Source of the DNA: a virus
Taxonomy: Duplodnaviria; Caudoviricetes
Length of the DNA: 61,596 bases
Direction: 5' to 3' (one strand)
Virus record (IMG/VR): IMGVR_UViG_3300021090_000021
Coordinates: 1-61,596 of that record
In this document: piece by piece, positions 9,787 through 19,948 of the stretch
Layout of the letters: the number at the start of each line of letters is the position of its first letter
Numbering within the stretch: the stretch's first letter is position 1
Translations under genes and position numbers: made by a program
The notes under the pieces: model-generated
Told to the model about the DNA's origin: nothing
Seen by the model: the letters and a program-made list of their open reading frames with translations, nothing else
The model's database searches: none

Positions 9787-11261
9787 TTCTTCGCGGCGCC
9801 GGCGAACGCGCCAAGGAGTTTCAGGCCGATGTTCAAGGCCGCGCCCCAGCCGCCGGTCATCCCCACCAGGCCGGTGAGAGCGGGCACCAGCGTCGCGATC
9901 GTCCCGGTCTGTGTCGGAGCATCGCCAATGCCGAACGGCGTGCCGACGACGCCGAAGGCCTGCAGCACCGTGCTGATCGCCAGGCCGAAGGCACCGATCT
10001 GAACGCCTGGGTTCTGCACGGACGGCGTGACGGGCGCGGGAGCGACGGGAACCACGGGCGCTGGAATGACGGGAGGCGCAGGAGATGCAGGTTCGGGCTG
10101 GACCAACACCGAGGTCGGGACACTGCCGGGGCGCCGCATAAGGCCGAAGAGAATCTCGACGATTTGCGCCACGATCGCGATCGCGTTCGGATCGAGGCCT
10201 CGGCCGGCCAAGGCTCCGGCTGGCGTCACGGGCTTTATCGGGTCGGCCATCTGATTTCGCTCCATAATGTTGGTGATGATTGGCACAAGCACTTCGAGCA
10301 GCTCGCGCAGGACCTGCAACGTCTCAAGGATGCACTCGATCGGGGTGTCGATCTGAGGATCGAGCACGGGATCGATCTGATCGGCGACGAACTCCCAATC
10401 GACCAATCCCTTCCCAGGCAGCCCGATCGCTGCTGCTGCGGCGGGTGTCAGGTCAATGCCGGCGCCATTGGTCGAGCGGCCGAAGCGGTCAATTCCGGCC
10501 TCGGCCTGCGGCCGGGTTCCGGTCTCCCAATAGGGGTCGCTGATGTTCCACGGCCCAAGATCGACGATGTCGCAGACGACCGACTTGCCGGAATACGTCA
10601 CGCGAACCTGCGGGCGCTTACCCTTGAAGGCATTCGGCAACGCGACGCCGTATCGGTTCTGCCATCCTGATGCGACGTCCGGGTATTTGACGCTCTGCTC
10701 GTCGCCGACACCACCGAACACAGTGGCGGTGATCGAGAGGAAACGTTTCTTCGGCGCAGCAGCTGCGGCAAAAAACGCGTTCGTTCCATGCCAGCGGATC
10801 GCGACACACTCGCTCGCCAGATAGCGGCTCTCGCGGACCTGGTCGGACTGGTTTCCGCCAAGGCAGACATAGTGCTCGCCCTCGGTGCGCAGGTAGAGCG
10901 TGACGTGATGCGGAAACACCAGCACGGCGCCCGGTACCGGCTCGGAGAGCGGCACACCCCATCCGCGCCACGCGTCGGCCCATAGGAAGCGCGTCGTATC
11001 GATCGAGCCAAACGGCGGACGGATGCCGTTGCGAGCCATCGCGATCGCGACCGTGAGGCCGCACCATGCGATTTCGTCGCCGGTGAACAGCGCGCAATAG
11101 GCGCTCATCTCCGGAAAGCAGGCCGCGATCTCTCGAGGCCACGCCATGATGATCGGGTTGTCGGCGTCGACTGTGTTTTCTGCGGTGCCCTGGAGCACGC
11201 GCATCGTGGCGAGCCATGGCGGAACGGATGCGGCGCCGGCTTGCTCAACGAGCATGATCAC
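9783..11261 (-). CDS. Endolysin-like multidomain protein: TIGR02594/CHAP-NlpC-like peptidase + RlpA-like DPBB domain + C-terminal membrane segment
   Basis: PPWL..M, DEIAWCG (Cys), HHVTLY (His), LGGNQSDQV; second domain VVCDIVDLGPW...GIDLTPAAA..IG. Confidence 0.75.
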   Translation of the reverse strand: MIMLVEQAGAASVPPWLATMRVLQGTAENTVDADNPIIMAWPREIAACFPEMSAYCALFTGDEIAWCGLTVAIAMARNGIRPPFGSIDTTRFLWADAWRGWGVPLSEPVPGAVLVFPHHVTLYLRTEGEHYVCLGGNQSDQVRESRYLASECVAIRWHGTNAFFAAAAAPKKRFLSITATVFGGVGDEQSVKYPDVASGWQNRYGVALPNAFKGKRPQVRVTYSGKSVVCDIVDLGPWNISDPYWETGTRPQAEAGIDRFGRSTNGAGIDLTPAAAAAIGLPGKGLVDWEFVADQIDPVLDPQIDTPIECILETLQVLRELLEVLVPIITNIMERNQMADPIKPVTPAGALAGRGLDPNAIAIVAQIVEILFGLMRRPGSVPTSVLVQPEPASPAPPVIPAPVVPVAPAPVTPSVQNPGVQIGAFGLAISTVLQAFGVVGTPFGIGDAPTQTGTIATLVPALTGLVGMTGGWGAALNIGLKLLGAFAGAAKK

Positions 11262-11434
11262 GCCCCTGTTTCACGCACCGGAAAGAATAGCTGCCGGGAC
11301 GCTTGCGCCACTTCTCCTTGCTCGACTCAGCAACCGCCACGGCGGAACATGCGCGCGCGGTCGCGAATGGTTCGCGCGGCGCCAGATCCGGATGGCTCAA
11401 GGCCAAGCAGAACGCGGCGGACATGCACTTGATC

Positions 11435-11818
11435 TCAAGAAGCCACATGCGCGCCGTTACCGTTCTGCTTGTGGCCTGCGGCCGCAGCACCGCGATCAAG
11501 CCGCTGGCGCTCGGCACTGAATTGTGCATGCAGCGCCGCCGCCTGCGCGGTGAATGCCTCGATGCTTTCCGACAACCCAACGGCCTCGCCACGCACCGCA
11601 TCAGCGAGCTGCACTGCGTCGGCATAGATCGCGTTTGCCTGGTTCACCAGCGCCGCGGCGGCGCCAACAATCTGATCAGCGGCGGCAAGGCAACACTTCA
11701 CAACAGCCTCGTACGCGAGCGCGCCGATCGGCGGCGTGATCAGAATCACAGCGTGGCCCGGTCCAGCCTCCACCGTCGGCAGACCCAAAACGTCGTCATC
11801 GTCCGGTTCTTGCTGCAT
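11435..11818 (-). CDS. Hypothetical coiled-coil protein
   Basis: ORF in operon context. Confidence 0.5.
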   Translation of the reverse strand: MQQEPDDDDVLGLPTVEAGPGHAVILITPPIGALAYEAVVKCCLAAADQIVGAAAALVNQANAIYADAVQLADAVRGEAVGLSESIEAFTAQAAALHAQFSAERQRLDRGAAAAGHKQNGNGAHVAS

Positions 11819-12191
11819 GAATCAGCTCCTCGAATTGTTGCAGGGGAATGATCACCGGCGCGAACGCGGTGTGCGCCGACGCGAACCGAAACACGCCATG
11901 CACATAATCGAAGTCGGGCGCCGCCGCGCGGCCGGAAGTCAGCCGCGCGGCAGTGCCGTTGTCCGCCGCCGGCCGTGCAACCGGTAAGGGCGGACGCCCC
12001 CGCGTTGGCGCCACAGCCATGGAGGAGCGGTGTACGCGAGCCTTGATGTGTTTTGAGGGACTGGCCGCCACGCCAGACCTGACGAACTCACGTGAAGCTT
12101 GAGTGCCCTTGACGCCCCTGGCCGCGGCCGAGACCGGCGCCGCCACGCTCCACGCCAGCACCATGGCGAGGACGGCGATTACAAGATGCAT
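11796..12191 (-). CDS. Secreted hypothetical protein
   Basis: Signal peptide MHLVIAVLAMVLAWSVAAPVSA; start overlaps the upstream stop. Confidence 0.5.
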   Translation of the reverse strand: MHLVIAVLAMVLAWSVAAPVSAAARGVKGTQASREFVRSGVAASPSKHIKARVHRSSMAVAPTRGRPPLPVARPAADNGTAARLTSGRAAAPDFDYVHGVFRFASAHTAFAPVIIPLQQFEELIHAARTGR

Positions 12192-13501
12192 CAGGTGATG
12201 CGATGGCCGTATAGGCAGGCTGTGCCGCTCGCAATATTGCCGGTATTGAATCGCAAACGCAGACTTGTCACAGCCGCGGACCCATCATCCCAAAATCCCC
12301 CACCAGTCATCGTCGAATACGAACCACCCCCGGTCACATAAGTCGCCAAGACAGTGATGCTCGTTCTGGCACCGGTGGCAACAGCGACAACTCCACCAAA
12401 CCCGCCTGCGCGGGTCGCTGCATTCGCAACCTGGATATTCGAACCAACACCGGAAAGCGCGATGTCTGTGGTGATTGAGTTGGTCGTCGACCCGACTCCG
12501 ACATTACCGCCGCCGCCGATTCCGAGACCACCCCATAGATAGGAGGTTGTTTGATAGGTTGGCGTTCCACCAGTTCCGACCCGAATGTAGAGCGCCGCAT
12601 CATTTGTCGCCGGAGTGATCGCGCTCAATTCGAGTGAATAGTTCGTATAGGTCGCACTGATGAGATTATCAAAATCGAGTGTCGATGAGCTCGATGCTGT
12701 TCTACACGCCAATAGCACTTTGCTCGCGCCATCCGATCCCACCGGTGCACGGAATGCAGGCGTCGCAGCAGAGCCAGAGGCAGGCCCAGCAAAGAAGGTA
12801 TTTGCGCTCTGGTTGTCGAACGTGATCGCGCAGGTGCCACTCGTCGTGATCGTGCAGCCCGATAGGTCAAAGACCGACGTCGGCAGCGTAAGGGTAACGC
12901 TCGTGACCGTCCCCGTACCGACACCGGCGGCCGCTGGGCTCGCCACTGCGCGCCAGCGCGTCGAAACACCGTCATACCAAAGCGTGAATGAGCGGCCTGC
13001 ACCTACCGTGACGTCGCCACCAAGCGCAAACCGATTGGCGGCCGTCGAGGCGGCGTCCTCATCCTCGAGCACCAGATCCTGCGCGCCGATATTCAGGGCC
13101 GTGATCAGCCGCCCGGGCGCCTGGCCACAGGACAGACCGGTGATACTGCGGCTCGCGTCGGTCGACAAACGTAGCGCGATGACGGCCGTACAGCCGCCGC
13201 CGGTGTAGTCGTTCTGGTTTGATGTGATCTGCGACGGCGAAAGCGTTCCCGTCGCCAGAACGGCGCCTGTGAACGTCCCGTAGACCTCGCAATCCCACGT
13301 GCCAGCCTGCCGCGTGACGACATCCCCATTCGTCGCGCAGAAGGCCCGATCGAACATCGCCGTCAGCGTCGCCCACTGTGGCAGCGCCGTGACTGCACCC
13401 GGGTTGCCCGAAACGCGACCTGATGGCGCCTGGCCGCCCTGGCCGAACGCGGCCGCGGCCGCCAGCACAAGGGCAAGAAGCGCGAGGGTGGATTTCCGCA
13501 T
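12191..13501 (-). CDS. Tail fibre-like protein carrying a Sec signal peptide
   Basis: MRKSTLALLALVLAAAAAFG; GTVTSVTL...ITTSGT and QSANTFFAGPASGSAATPAFR fibre motifs; C-terminal ASSSSTLDF...GNIASGTACLYG domain. Confidence 0.75.
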   Translation of the reverse strand: MRKSTLALLALVLAAAAAFGQGGQAPSGRVSGNPGAVTALPQWATLTAMFDRAFCATNGDVVTRQAGTWDCEVYGTFTGAVLATGTLSPSQITSNQNDYTGGGCTAVIALRLSTDASRSITGLSCGQAPGRLITALNIGAQDLVLEDEDAASTAANRFALGGDVTVGAGRSFTLWYDGVSTRWRAVASPAAAGVGTGTVTSVTLTLPTSVFDLSGCTITTSGTCAITFDNQSANTFFAGPASGSAATPAFRAPVGSDGASKVLLACRTASSSSTLDFDNLISATYTNYSLELSAITPATNDAALYIRVGTGGTPTYQTTSYLWGGLGIGGGGNVGVGSTTNSITTDIALSGVGSNIQVANAATRAGGFGGVVAVATGARTSITVLATYVTGGGSYSTMTGGGFWDDGSAAVTSLRLRFNTGNIASGTACLYGHRIT

Positions 13502-13509
13502 GATCTTGC

Positions 13510-14088
13510 TCACCTCAGAAGATAGCCCGTGCCGTACGGCACGAAATTGTACCAACCGTATTTAGCGCTACCGACGATGCTCGATTGGTCCGTGATGAGT
13601 CCACCACCATCGACGCTGAAGGTCGTCGCGAAGCTGTCCCACACGCCGCTGGCGTCGATGATTGTCACCGGACCGCGTTTCACCGCGCCCGGAGGCAGCA
13701 CACAGTTGCGAGTGGCCGGCGACGTCGGCGCGAGCTTCACGATCTGATCGAAATCCTGGATCGCGATATCGCCGGACGTTGTTTCGGTGCGCTCCAGAAA
13801 TTCCGCGGTGTCGGCTTCGCCCAAGAGACCGATCGCGACATGTCGCCAGAGTCGCTCGAATCCGCTCTTATATGCGCGGATCTGATAGGCGCCACCCGAG
13901 ATATAGAATCGCGCGAAGCCCTCGACATCGACCGAAAATGGATTGCCAAGAGGTGTCGTGCCGTCACGATCTTCATAGATCGTCGCCAGTGGTTGACCGA
14001 CGATCTCGCGTTTCACCTCGATAGTAACGCCGGCGAGAACTTTACCAGCGGCATCCGTGATCGTGGCTTGCCATACCGCATAGGCCAT
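13510..14088 (-). CDS. Tail fibre adaptor/head-binding-like protein
   Basis: LATIYEDRDGTTPLGNPF..D.EG...FY motif typical of fibre/tailspike N-termini. Confidence 0.65.
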   Translation of the reverse strand: MAYAVWQATITDAAGKVLAGVTIEVKREIVGQPLATIYEDRDGTTPLGNPFSVDVEGFARFYISGGAYQIRAYKSGFERLWRHVAIGLLGEADTAEFLERTETTSGDIAIQDFDQIVKLAPTSPATRNCVLPPGAVKRGPVTIIDASGVWDSFATTFSVDGGGLITDQSSIVGSAKYGWYNFVPYGTGYLLR

Positions 14089-14089
14089 T

Positions 14090-16432
14090 TCAATTCACCA
14101 TCGGTCCGCGCACGTCGCCAGCTGTATCGATGAAGGTCAGGAAGCTGTCGCCATCGACCGCCGATCCAGGTGGCCCACCGCTCCCACCAATCAACACCCC
14201 AATGCCACTGTGACCCGCTTCGCCCGATTGACCGGCCTCACCGCCGTTTCCACCGCTTCCGCCACCGTCATTTCCACCACCACCGCCACCACGGTTGCTG
14301 GCGCTGCCGGGTGAGCCGATGTTCCCCGACGAGCCAGACCCGCCGCTGCCATCACTGCCTGGACCACCACCAACTTGCCCTTGACCGCCGCCGCCGCCGC
14401 CGCCGCCGCCGCCAAATCCAAAACCACCGCCGCCACCGCCGCCACCACCGCCACCGCCGCTCCAGAGACCGCCGGTTGCTGGCGTATCCACATCGACTGC
14501 AACGCGGGTATAGAGCGCCACCCCACCCTGTGTTCCCGGCGTGCCATTACTGCCTGGACTGCTGAAATCCGCGCCCCAGCCACCGCCGCCGCCGCCAGCA
14601 TCACCACCGGCGCCATGGATCCGTCCGCTACCGTTGATCTTGAGCACCAAGGAAACGCCAGCCGGCCACGATCCGAAGTCCATCGCCGGAAGTGATCTGC
14701 TGATCGATCCGACAATCACGCCATCCTCGACGATCACCGTCACGGTGTCGCCGCTCAACGGCGCCGGATAGATCTGATCGTGCGCTGTACGCACGTTGAT
14801 GTTGTTGATGCTGGAACCGATCGGCAAAAACCGGTTGGTCAGGTCGTCGGTCTGGATATCCTCGGCCAGCATTTCTTCGGCTTCGACTTCGAACTTGTCC
14901 GCCTCCGGATTGACTCGGGTCAACTGAATCGGAGCGTCGGTCGCTGCGCCTGTCGGATCCTGGATGCACCAGGCCTCAAGGCGATAGCCGGCCCCCATCA
15001 CCGGCGGCGTGATGTCGTAGCGCGGCAGGTTGAAACCAAATCGGCGTGGCGGATTTCGGTAGCGAGCGAGCTGGATGCTGTTGAGCCGGGTCGCCACCGT
15101 TCGCCCCAGCGGCGGAATCCAGCGCGCGAAGATCTTTTTGATCGCCGGCAGCCCGTAGTCAGCCTCCGCCTGGTCGTCGATTGTCGCTTCAGTCGAGCGA
15201 TAGTTGTCGGTCTCCTCCAGCGGCCGCAGCGGGTTGATCTGACCGAAATAGGTCCAAACCTGAGAAATACGCTTCTCCGGCTGCTCCTTGATCGTCAGCG
15301 AGGTCTCCAGCGAGTTGTCCGGCGTGTAGCGATCGGCGTCGGTGAGCACCGCCCGGATCACCTGCAATCTGATCTGCTGGGACAAATCATCCCACCAGAC
15401 CGCAAGGCCTGCCTGCTCGATCAGCTCGGCCGCAAGTTTTGCGACCGGGGTCGGCTCCATGATGTCCGCGGAATACAGCCGCTGCAGGAAATTCTGCGTC
15501 TCAGAAAGCCAAGCTGTGATCGGGATGAACGCCGGCGGGATGTCGGCGTAGTTCTCGAACAGATCCTTGATGATGTTTGCCGGGTCGACGCCTGAATAGA
15601 TCAGACCGACCTGCACGCGATCATCGGCATTATGCGCGACCGGCTCGGTGTTGCGCTGCCCGCGCGCGATCGTGAGCGTGTCGCCCGAACGCGTGAAGGA
15701 CACAACCTCCTTCCCGCCGATCGCCGCCAGACCCGAAGCGGGATATTCCAAATTCCCGATTCCAACAGGGGCAAGCGTTGCAGTGCCATCGCTGTTGCTG
15801 ATCCCGGCCGACAGAAACCCATTGTTGAGCCGTGGCGCCTGCGCACGGTCGCCGTCAGCGAGCTTGAGCACGTCCTTCGCGACCAGCGTGTAGGTGCCGT
15901 TGAGGCCAGGCCCGTCGAAGCTCTCTATGATGTAGTGCCGCGTGTCCATCTGGTTGAGCTTTTGGCCCAACAATCCGCGGATGAGGCGCAGCGGCCGCCC
16001 GCGCAGAAACGGCTGACGCGCGCGAAATTTTCCGAAGAACGAACCGCGCAGATAGGGGTCATAGAGCCGCTCGCTCAGATACTTGTCGAATCCAGGACCC
16101 GTGTCCGAATGTGGATGATCGATGAAGCTGACCTTGACCGTTGCTCTCTGACCCAGGTCGGCGCCCAGCGATATCGTGCCTGGCGTGAAGTCGACGCCAT
16201 CCGGCTTGATGGATGGAATCGCCTCGATGTCGGTCGGCAAATAGCTCGTCGGGATCGCGAAGCGCAAGGTGATCGGTGCGTCGGTAAAATTCGCACGATC
16301 CTGGCAGGTGGGAATGACGTTGAAGCACTTCAGCAAACCGGTCGTGCCCAGAACTGCCACACACGGCGAAATCCCATAGCTCAGCGCGCAGTACGGTATG
16401 TCGATCTCGATGTAGGTCAGCGATCGGTTCAT
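14090..16432 (-). CDS. Tail tip/central fibre protein with Gly-rich C-terminus
   Basis: Position after TMP and Dit-like genes; IARGQRNTEPVAH motif; poly-Gly C-terminal domain. Confidence 0.75.
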   Translation of the reverse strand: MNRSLTYIEIDIPYCALSYGISPCVAVLGTTGLLKCFNVIPTCQDRANFTDAPITLRFAIPTSYLPTDIEAIPSIKPDGVDFTPGTISLGADLGQRATVKVSFIDHPHSDTGPGFDKYLSERLYDPYLRGSFFGKFRARQPFLRGRPLRLIRGLLGQKLNQMDTRHYIIESFDGPGLNGTYTLVAKDVLKLADGDRAQAPRLNNGFLSAGISNSDGTATLAPVGIGNLEYPASGLAAIGGKEVVSFTRSGDTLTIARGQRNTEPVAHNADDRVQVGLIYSGVDPANIIKDLFENYADIPPAFIPITAWLSETQNFLQRLYSADIMEPTPVAKLAAELIEQAGLAVWWDDLSQQIRLQVIRAVLTDADRYTPDNSLETSLTIKEQPEKRISQVWTYFGQINPLRPLEETDNYRSTEATIDDQAEADYGLPAIKKIFARWIPPLGRTVATRLNSIQLARYRNPPRRFGFNLPRYDITPPVMGAGYRLEAWCIQDPTGAATDAPIQLTRVNPEADKFEVEAEEMLAEDIQTDDLTNRFLPIGSSINNINVRTAHDQIYPAPLSGDTVTVIVEDGVIVGSISRSLPAMDFGSWPAGVSLVLKINGSGRIHGAGGDAGGGGGGWGADFSSPGSNGTPGTQGGVALYTRVAVDVDTPATGGLWSGGGGGGGGGGGGFGFGGGGGGGGGGQGQVGGGPGSDGSGGSGSSGNIGSPGSASNRGGGGGGNDGGGSGGNGGEAGQSGEAGHSGIGVLIGGSGGPPGSAVDGDSFLTFIDTAGDVRGPMVN

Positions 16433-16436
16433 CGCA

Positions 16437-17894
16437 TCAGGCCGCTGATCGCCCTAAACCGCCAACCTGCATCTCGATGCCGATCAGATTGTTCGGCGAT
16501 TCAGGCACCGGGCGTGGATCGTTGGTCATCCATTCGAACCCAGTCTCGAATGGATAGCTTCCAGGACGCCATGCGAAGAAGAACGGCTGCGCTTTGCTCG
16601 CTGCAATGAATGGATCGAGGTTTTCCCGGTACCAAGCTGGCGTCAGATTGTTGAGGCTGATCACCCCCGTTCGCGCCTCGCTCAGCACGATGCGCCCGAG
16701 GAATTCACCGGACTCGCTGCGGTTATTCACGACGCGCGCGGTTCGACCGTAGTTGATCGGTGTGTGGCCGCGATAGATCTTGCGCTCGCAGACCGTTAGG
16801 CGGCCCGCATACATCACCGCCGCGCGCGGCGATGCGTTCCCATCCTGCATGCGCAGGCGCACCGATGACATCGCGGTCGGGACGAACCTGAACAGAACCG
16901 GATCGTCGTTGGCAAGCAGCGTCTCGCCGACAAGCTCCTGCCATGATCCGCTGATGAAACCCTCGACCGAAACCGGGATCTGGCCGCTACCGAGGTTGTG
17001 CCGCGCGAACGCGATATAATCGATCGTGTCGTCGATCGCGGCGGTGAGGTGTTGATCTCCGTTGAAGTACACGAGCGTCGGCGCCGTGAATGCCTCCGTC
17101 CAGCGCGCAATGCCCTTCGATACCCGGATCTCGTCGAGCCATCCGTTGTAATTGTTGTTCGCCGTATTGTTGCCGTCCGCGCCGATCACCGGACGGTTGG
17201 TACCATTGAGATAGCTGGTCGCATCGACGTAGCTGCTGCCCTGCTGCACACCATCGAGGAAGAGCTTTGTCACCCCTTCAAAACGCGCCAGCGCGACGTG
17301 GTGCCAGGCGCCGGTCGCGAGTGTCGTTGCCCCGGTGATGCGCGCGGCCCCATTCACGATCAGCTGCAGAACATTTCCGCTCGTGACAGAAAGCGTGACG
17401 TAGGCCCCGGATGCCGTACCGCTGGGACGTGAATCGTAAAGCCTGCGTTCCGCCCCGACTGCATTCAGCCGGAATTGAAGGTCGATCGTGAAGTCGCCGA
17501 GCCCGAACGCAAAGTCAGCACCACCGTTGACGGTGAGAAAGTCGCCGGTTCCGTCGAGGAGGAGCGAGGCTCCTCCGAACTTGCTCTGTGCGGTATCGAC
17601 CTGCGCGTTTCCATTGGGCGTGACGGCATGGGGATCAAGCGACAGGTCGGTGAACGTCGTGGAGGCATCCGCCCCATCGCAATGAAGCAACAGCTTGGTG
17701 AATGCATCGAGGCCGCGTCCCCGCCATTGCAGGAACGTCGATGGGTTGGCCAAATTCGTGACGGGATAGTCCGCCTCGGCGGTGTCGGCTGAGATGTTGG
17801 TTGCCGTCACCAGGTTATGCCAGCCGATCACCGGATGATCCGGGCCCGGCGAACCGGTCGGCGAGAGGACAAGATTTTCGGATATGACAATCAT
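16437..17894 (-). CDS. Distal tail-like protein with inserted LamG/concanavalin A domain
   Basis: TKLLLHCDG...KFGGASL..DG..D, DFTID, WHHVA..R, GWLDEIRVSKGIARW. Confidence 0.75.
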   Translation of the reverse strand: MIVISENLVLSPTGSPGPDHPVIGWHNLVTATNISADTAEADYPVTNLANPSTFLQWRGRGLDAFTKLLLHCDGADASTTFTDLSLDPHAVTPNGNAQVDTAQSKFGGASLLLDGTGDFLTVNGGADFAFGLGDFTIDLQFRLNAVGAERRLYDSRPSGTASGAYVTLSVTSGNVLQLIVNGAARITGATTLATGAWHHVALARFEGVTKLFLDGVQQGSSYVDATSYLNGTNRPVIGADGNNTANNNYNGWLDEIRVSKGIARWTEAFTAPTLVYFNGDQHLTAAIDDTIDYIAFARHNLGSGQIPVSVEGFISGSWQELVGETLLANDDPVLFRFVPTAMSSVRLRMQDGNASPRAAVMYAGRLTVCERKIYRGHTPINYGRTARVVNNRSESGEFLGRIVLSEARTGVISLNNLTPAWYRENLDPFIAASKAQPFFFAWRPGSYPFETGFEWMTNDPRPVPESPNNLIGIEMQVGGLGRSAA

Positions 17895-19948
17895 GCGTTT
17901 TGCGGGACGATCCGGTATCCGTCACGGACACCTTCGTTGAGGGTCTCGAATAGCTCACGGACGCTATCGATCGATATCTGACGTCCCTTGAGCACGAGAG
18001 GCACGATCCGTGCGCCCATCGATCCCCGGCGCTCGTCCTCACGATCGACGGTCACGCGCTCGCCAGACGCCAGATTGAGCGGCATCTGCACGTTATCGGT
18101 CATGCTCGAGCCGCCCGGGACGGTGAACGAGCCGCCCGTCGCCATGCTGGGCACACTTTGGGACTTGATGGCCGCAACCAGCGCGAAGCCCTTGGCGGCC
18201 ACCGCGGCGACGGCCACGAGATTGAGCGGGAACGGCAGCTTCAGGGCCTCGGCCTGCGCCACAAAGGTCGAGATCAGCGCCTGGACTGCACCGAGGATCT
18301 GCGCCGCCTTCGCCATTTTAGCGTTCTCCTTGCCGAACGAGCCCGCGATCTCCGAGAAGCTGCCGGCGAGCGACTCCGCCTGCTTGCCCCAAGAGATGCC
18401 GGCATTGTCGGCGGCCTTTTGGACGCCGCGGCTATAGGTCTCTTGGCTGATGGCGCCTGCCGCCAGCAACTGGTTGATCCGCTCGAGCTTCTGGGCGTAG
18501 ATCTCGTACGGGCTCAGCATCTCCTGCGTGAGCTGCGCACCGTTGAACGCAAGCTGTGCCTGGTTGAGCAGAGCGAGTTGCGGCGACAACTGCTCAACTG
18601 AGATGCGGTTCTCGTCAGCGCTCAGGCCGAACTGCCGGAGACCTTGGGCGGCCAGCGGAAACCCCGCCGCCAATCCGTCAAAGTCACCCTTCAGCACCCG
18701 GGTCTTGAAACCGAGATCCTCGATCGCCTGCGCGACCGCAGGATCGAACGGTGTTGCGGCCGGCGTGACGCGGATTTTGGTTGGCGTCTCCTGCGTCTTG
18801 TTGAGCTCGGCGAGGCGCGCCGTTACCTGGACGATCTTGGCTTCGGTCTTCTCCAGATCCTCGCGAAGTCCGGCGTTTGCCTCGCTGTTGGTGGGAACCG
18901 CCAACATCTCGCGCAGCACCGTGGCATTCTTCTGCAGCTTTTCGAGCTCGCCCTCAAGCTTCGAAGTCTCCGTTTTTGCAAGCTCGATACCGGCGGCAAA
19001 TCCCCCGACTGCGCCGGTGACGCCGCCAATAATCGCACCCGACTTTCCGAAAGCCGCCCCAAGAGCTGAGCCGACGCGGAATCCAGCGAGCGAAGTTGCG
19101 GCGACGATTAGCGCATCCTTGTTGTCGACGAGGATACGAACGAAGTCGCCGAAATTCTTGGCCAGGTTGCGCGTACCATCCTGGAAGTCTTGCGACGTGA
19201 CAGTCCTGCGCAGGTCCTCGAGCACCGGCAGGAAGCCGACTGCGAGGTTGATGCCGGCAACCTTGAATGCCTTGCCGATCCGATCAAATTCGTCGCTGGC
19301 CTCCTCGGCCTTCTTGAGCGTCTCGCCCGACAGGATGAAGCCGAGGTTGCGCGCTTCGAGCCCGTATTTGTTTAACCCATCAGCGCCCTCACGAAGGACA
19401 CCGTCCAGCTTGATACCGGATTTGCCGAAGAGATCGGATTCGATGGCGGCACGTCGCGCCGGATCCTCGATCGCCTTGAGCCCTTCGGCAACGCGCTTGA
19501 ATTGTTCGTCCGGCGAGAGACCTTTGATGTCCGAGAACTTAATGCCGAGCTGGCCAAGGCCCTTTTGCGCGTCGGTGACGTTGCCGGAAAAATCGCCCAG
19601 GCGCTTATTGAACTGCTCGAATGCCGCATTGAACGCATCCTGCTCGACCCCGGCAAGCTTGGCTGCATACGAAAGTTCCTGATATTTCTCCCCGGAAATT
19701 CCAAGTCGCGCCGAGGTCTTGGCGATCTGGTCGCCGGCCTCGATCTGCGTCTTGATGAAATGAACGAGCGCACCGCCAGCGACGACCGCAACGGCGTTGC
19801 GGAAGTTGACCACCTCCTTGGTGGCCGCCTTGATGCCGGACCCGAACGTATTCAAGCGGTCCTGCGCCGACTTCATCCCCTTGTCGTAGGCGGAGAGGTC
19901 GGCGCCGAGGACGACGCGCAGGAATCCGATGATGGAGCCTTCAGCCAC
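17891..19948 (-). CDS. Tape measure protein
   Basis: Long helical Ala-rich protein; IGFLRVVLGAD start; MATGGSF C-terminal motif; follows the chaperones. Confidence 0.9.
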   Translation of the reverse strand: MAEGSIIGFLRVVLGADLSAYDKGMKSAQDRLNTFGSGIKAATKEVVNFRNAVAVVAGGALVHFIKTQIEAGDQIAKTSARLGISGEKYQELSYAAKLAGVEQDAFNAAFEQFNKRLGDFSGNVTDAQKGLGQLGIKFSDIKGLSPDEQFKRVAEGLKAIEDPARRAAIESDLFGKSGIKLDGVLREGADGLNKYGLEARNLGFILSGETLKKAEEASDEFDRIGKAFKVAGINLAVGFLPVLEDLRRTVTSQDFQDGTRNLAKNFGDFVRILVDNKDALIVAATSLAGFRVGSALGAAFGKSGAIIGGVTGAVGGFAAGIELAKTETSKLEGELEKLQKNATVLREMLAVPTNSEANAGLREDLEKTEAKIVQVTARLAELNKTQETPTKIRVTPAATPFDPAVAQAIEDLGFKTRVLKGDFDGLAAGFPLAAQGLRQFGLSADENRISVEQLSPQLALLNQAQLAFNGAQLTQEMLSPYEIYAQKLERINQLLAAGAISQETYSRGVQKAADNAGISWGKQAESLAGSFSEIAGSFGKENAKMAKAAQILGAVQALISTFVAQAEALKLPFPLNLVAVAAVAAKGFALVAAIKSQSVPSMATGGSFTVPGGSSMTDNVQMPLNLASGERVTVDREDERRGSMGARIVPLVLKGRQISIDSVRELFETLNEGVRDGYRIVPQNA

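Noticed and set aside
14260-14600. (GCC)n runs as a repeat array or CRISPR
   Set aside because: They encode poly-Gly in the tail tip protein; no repeat-spacer structure seen anywhere in the window
1-17894. Second VR in the tail or fibre genes
   Set aside because: No further copy of the TR or its GC element found by eye; a BLASTN of TR against the genome would settle it
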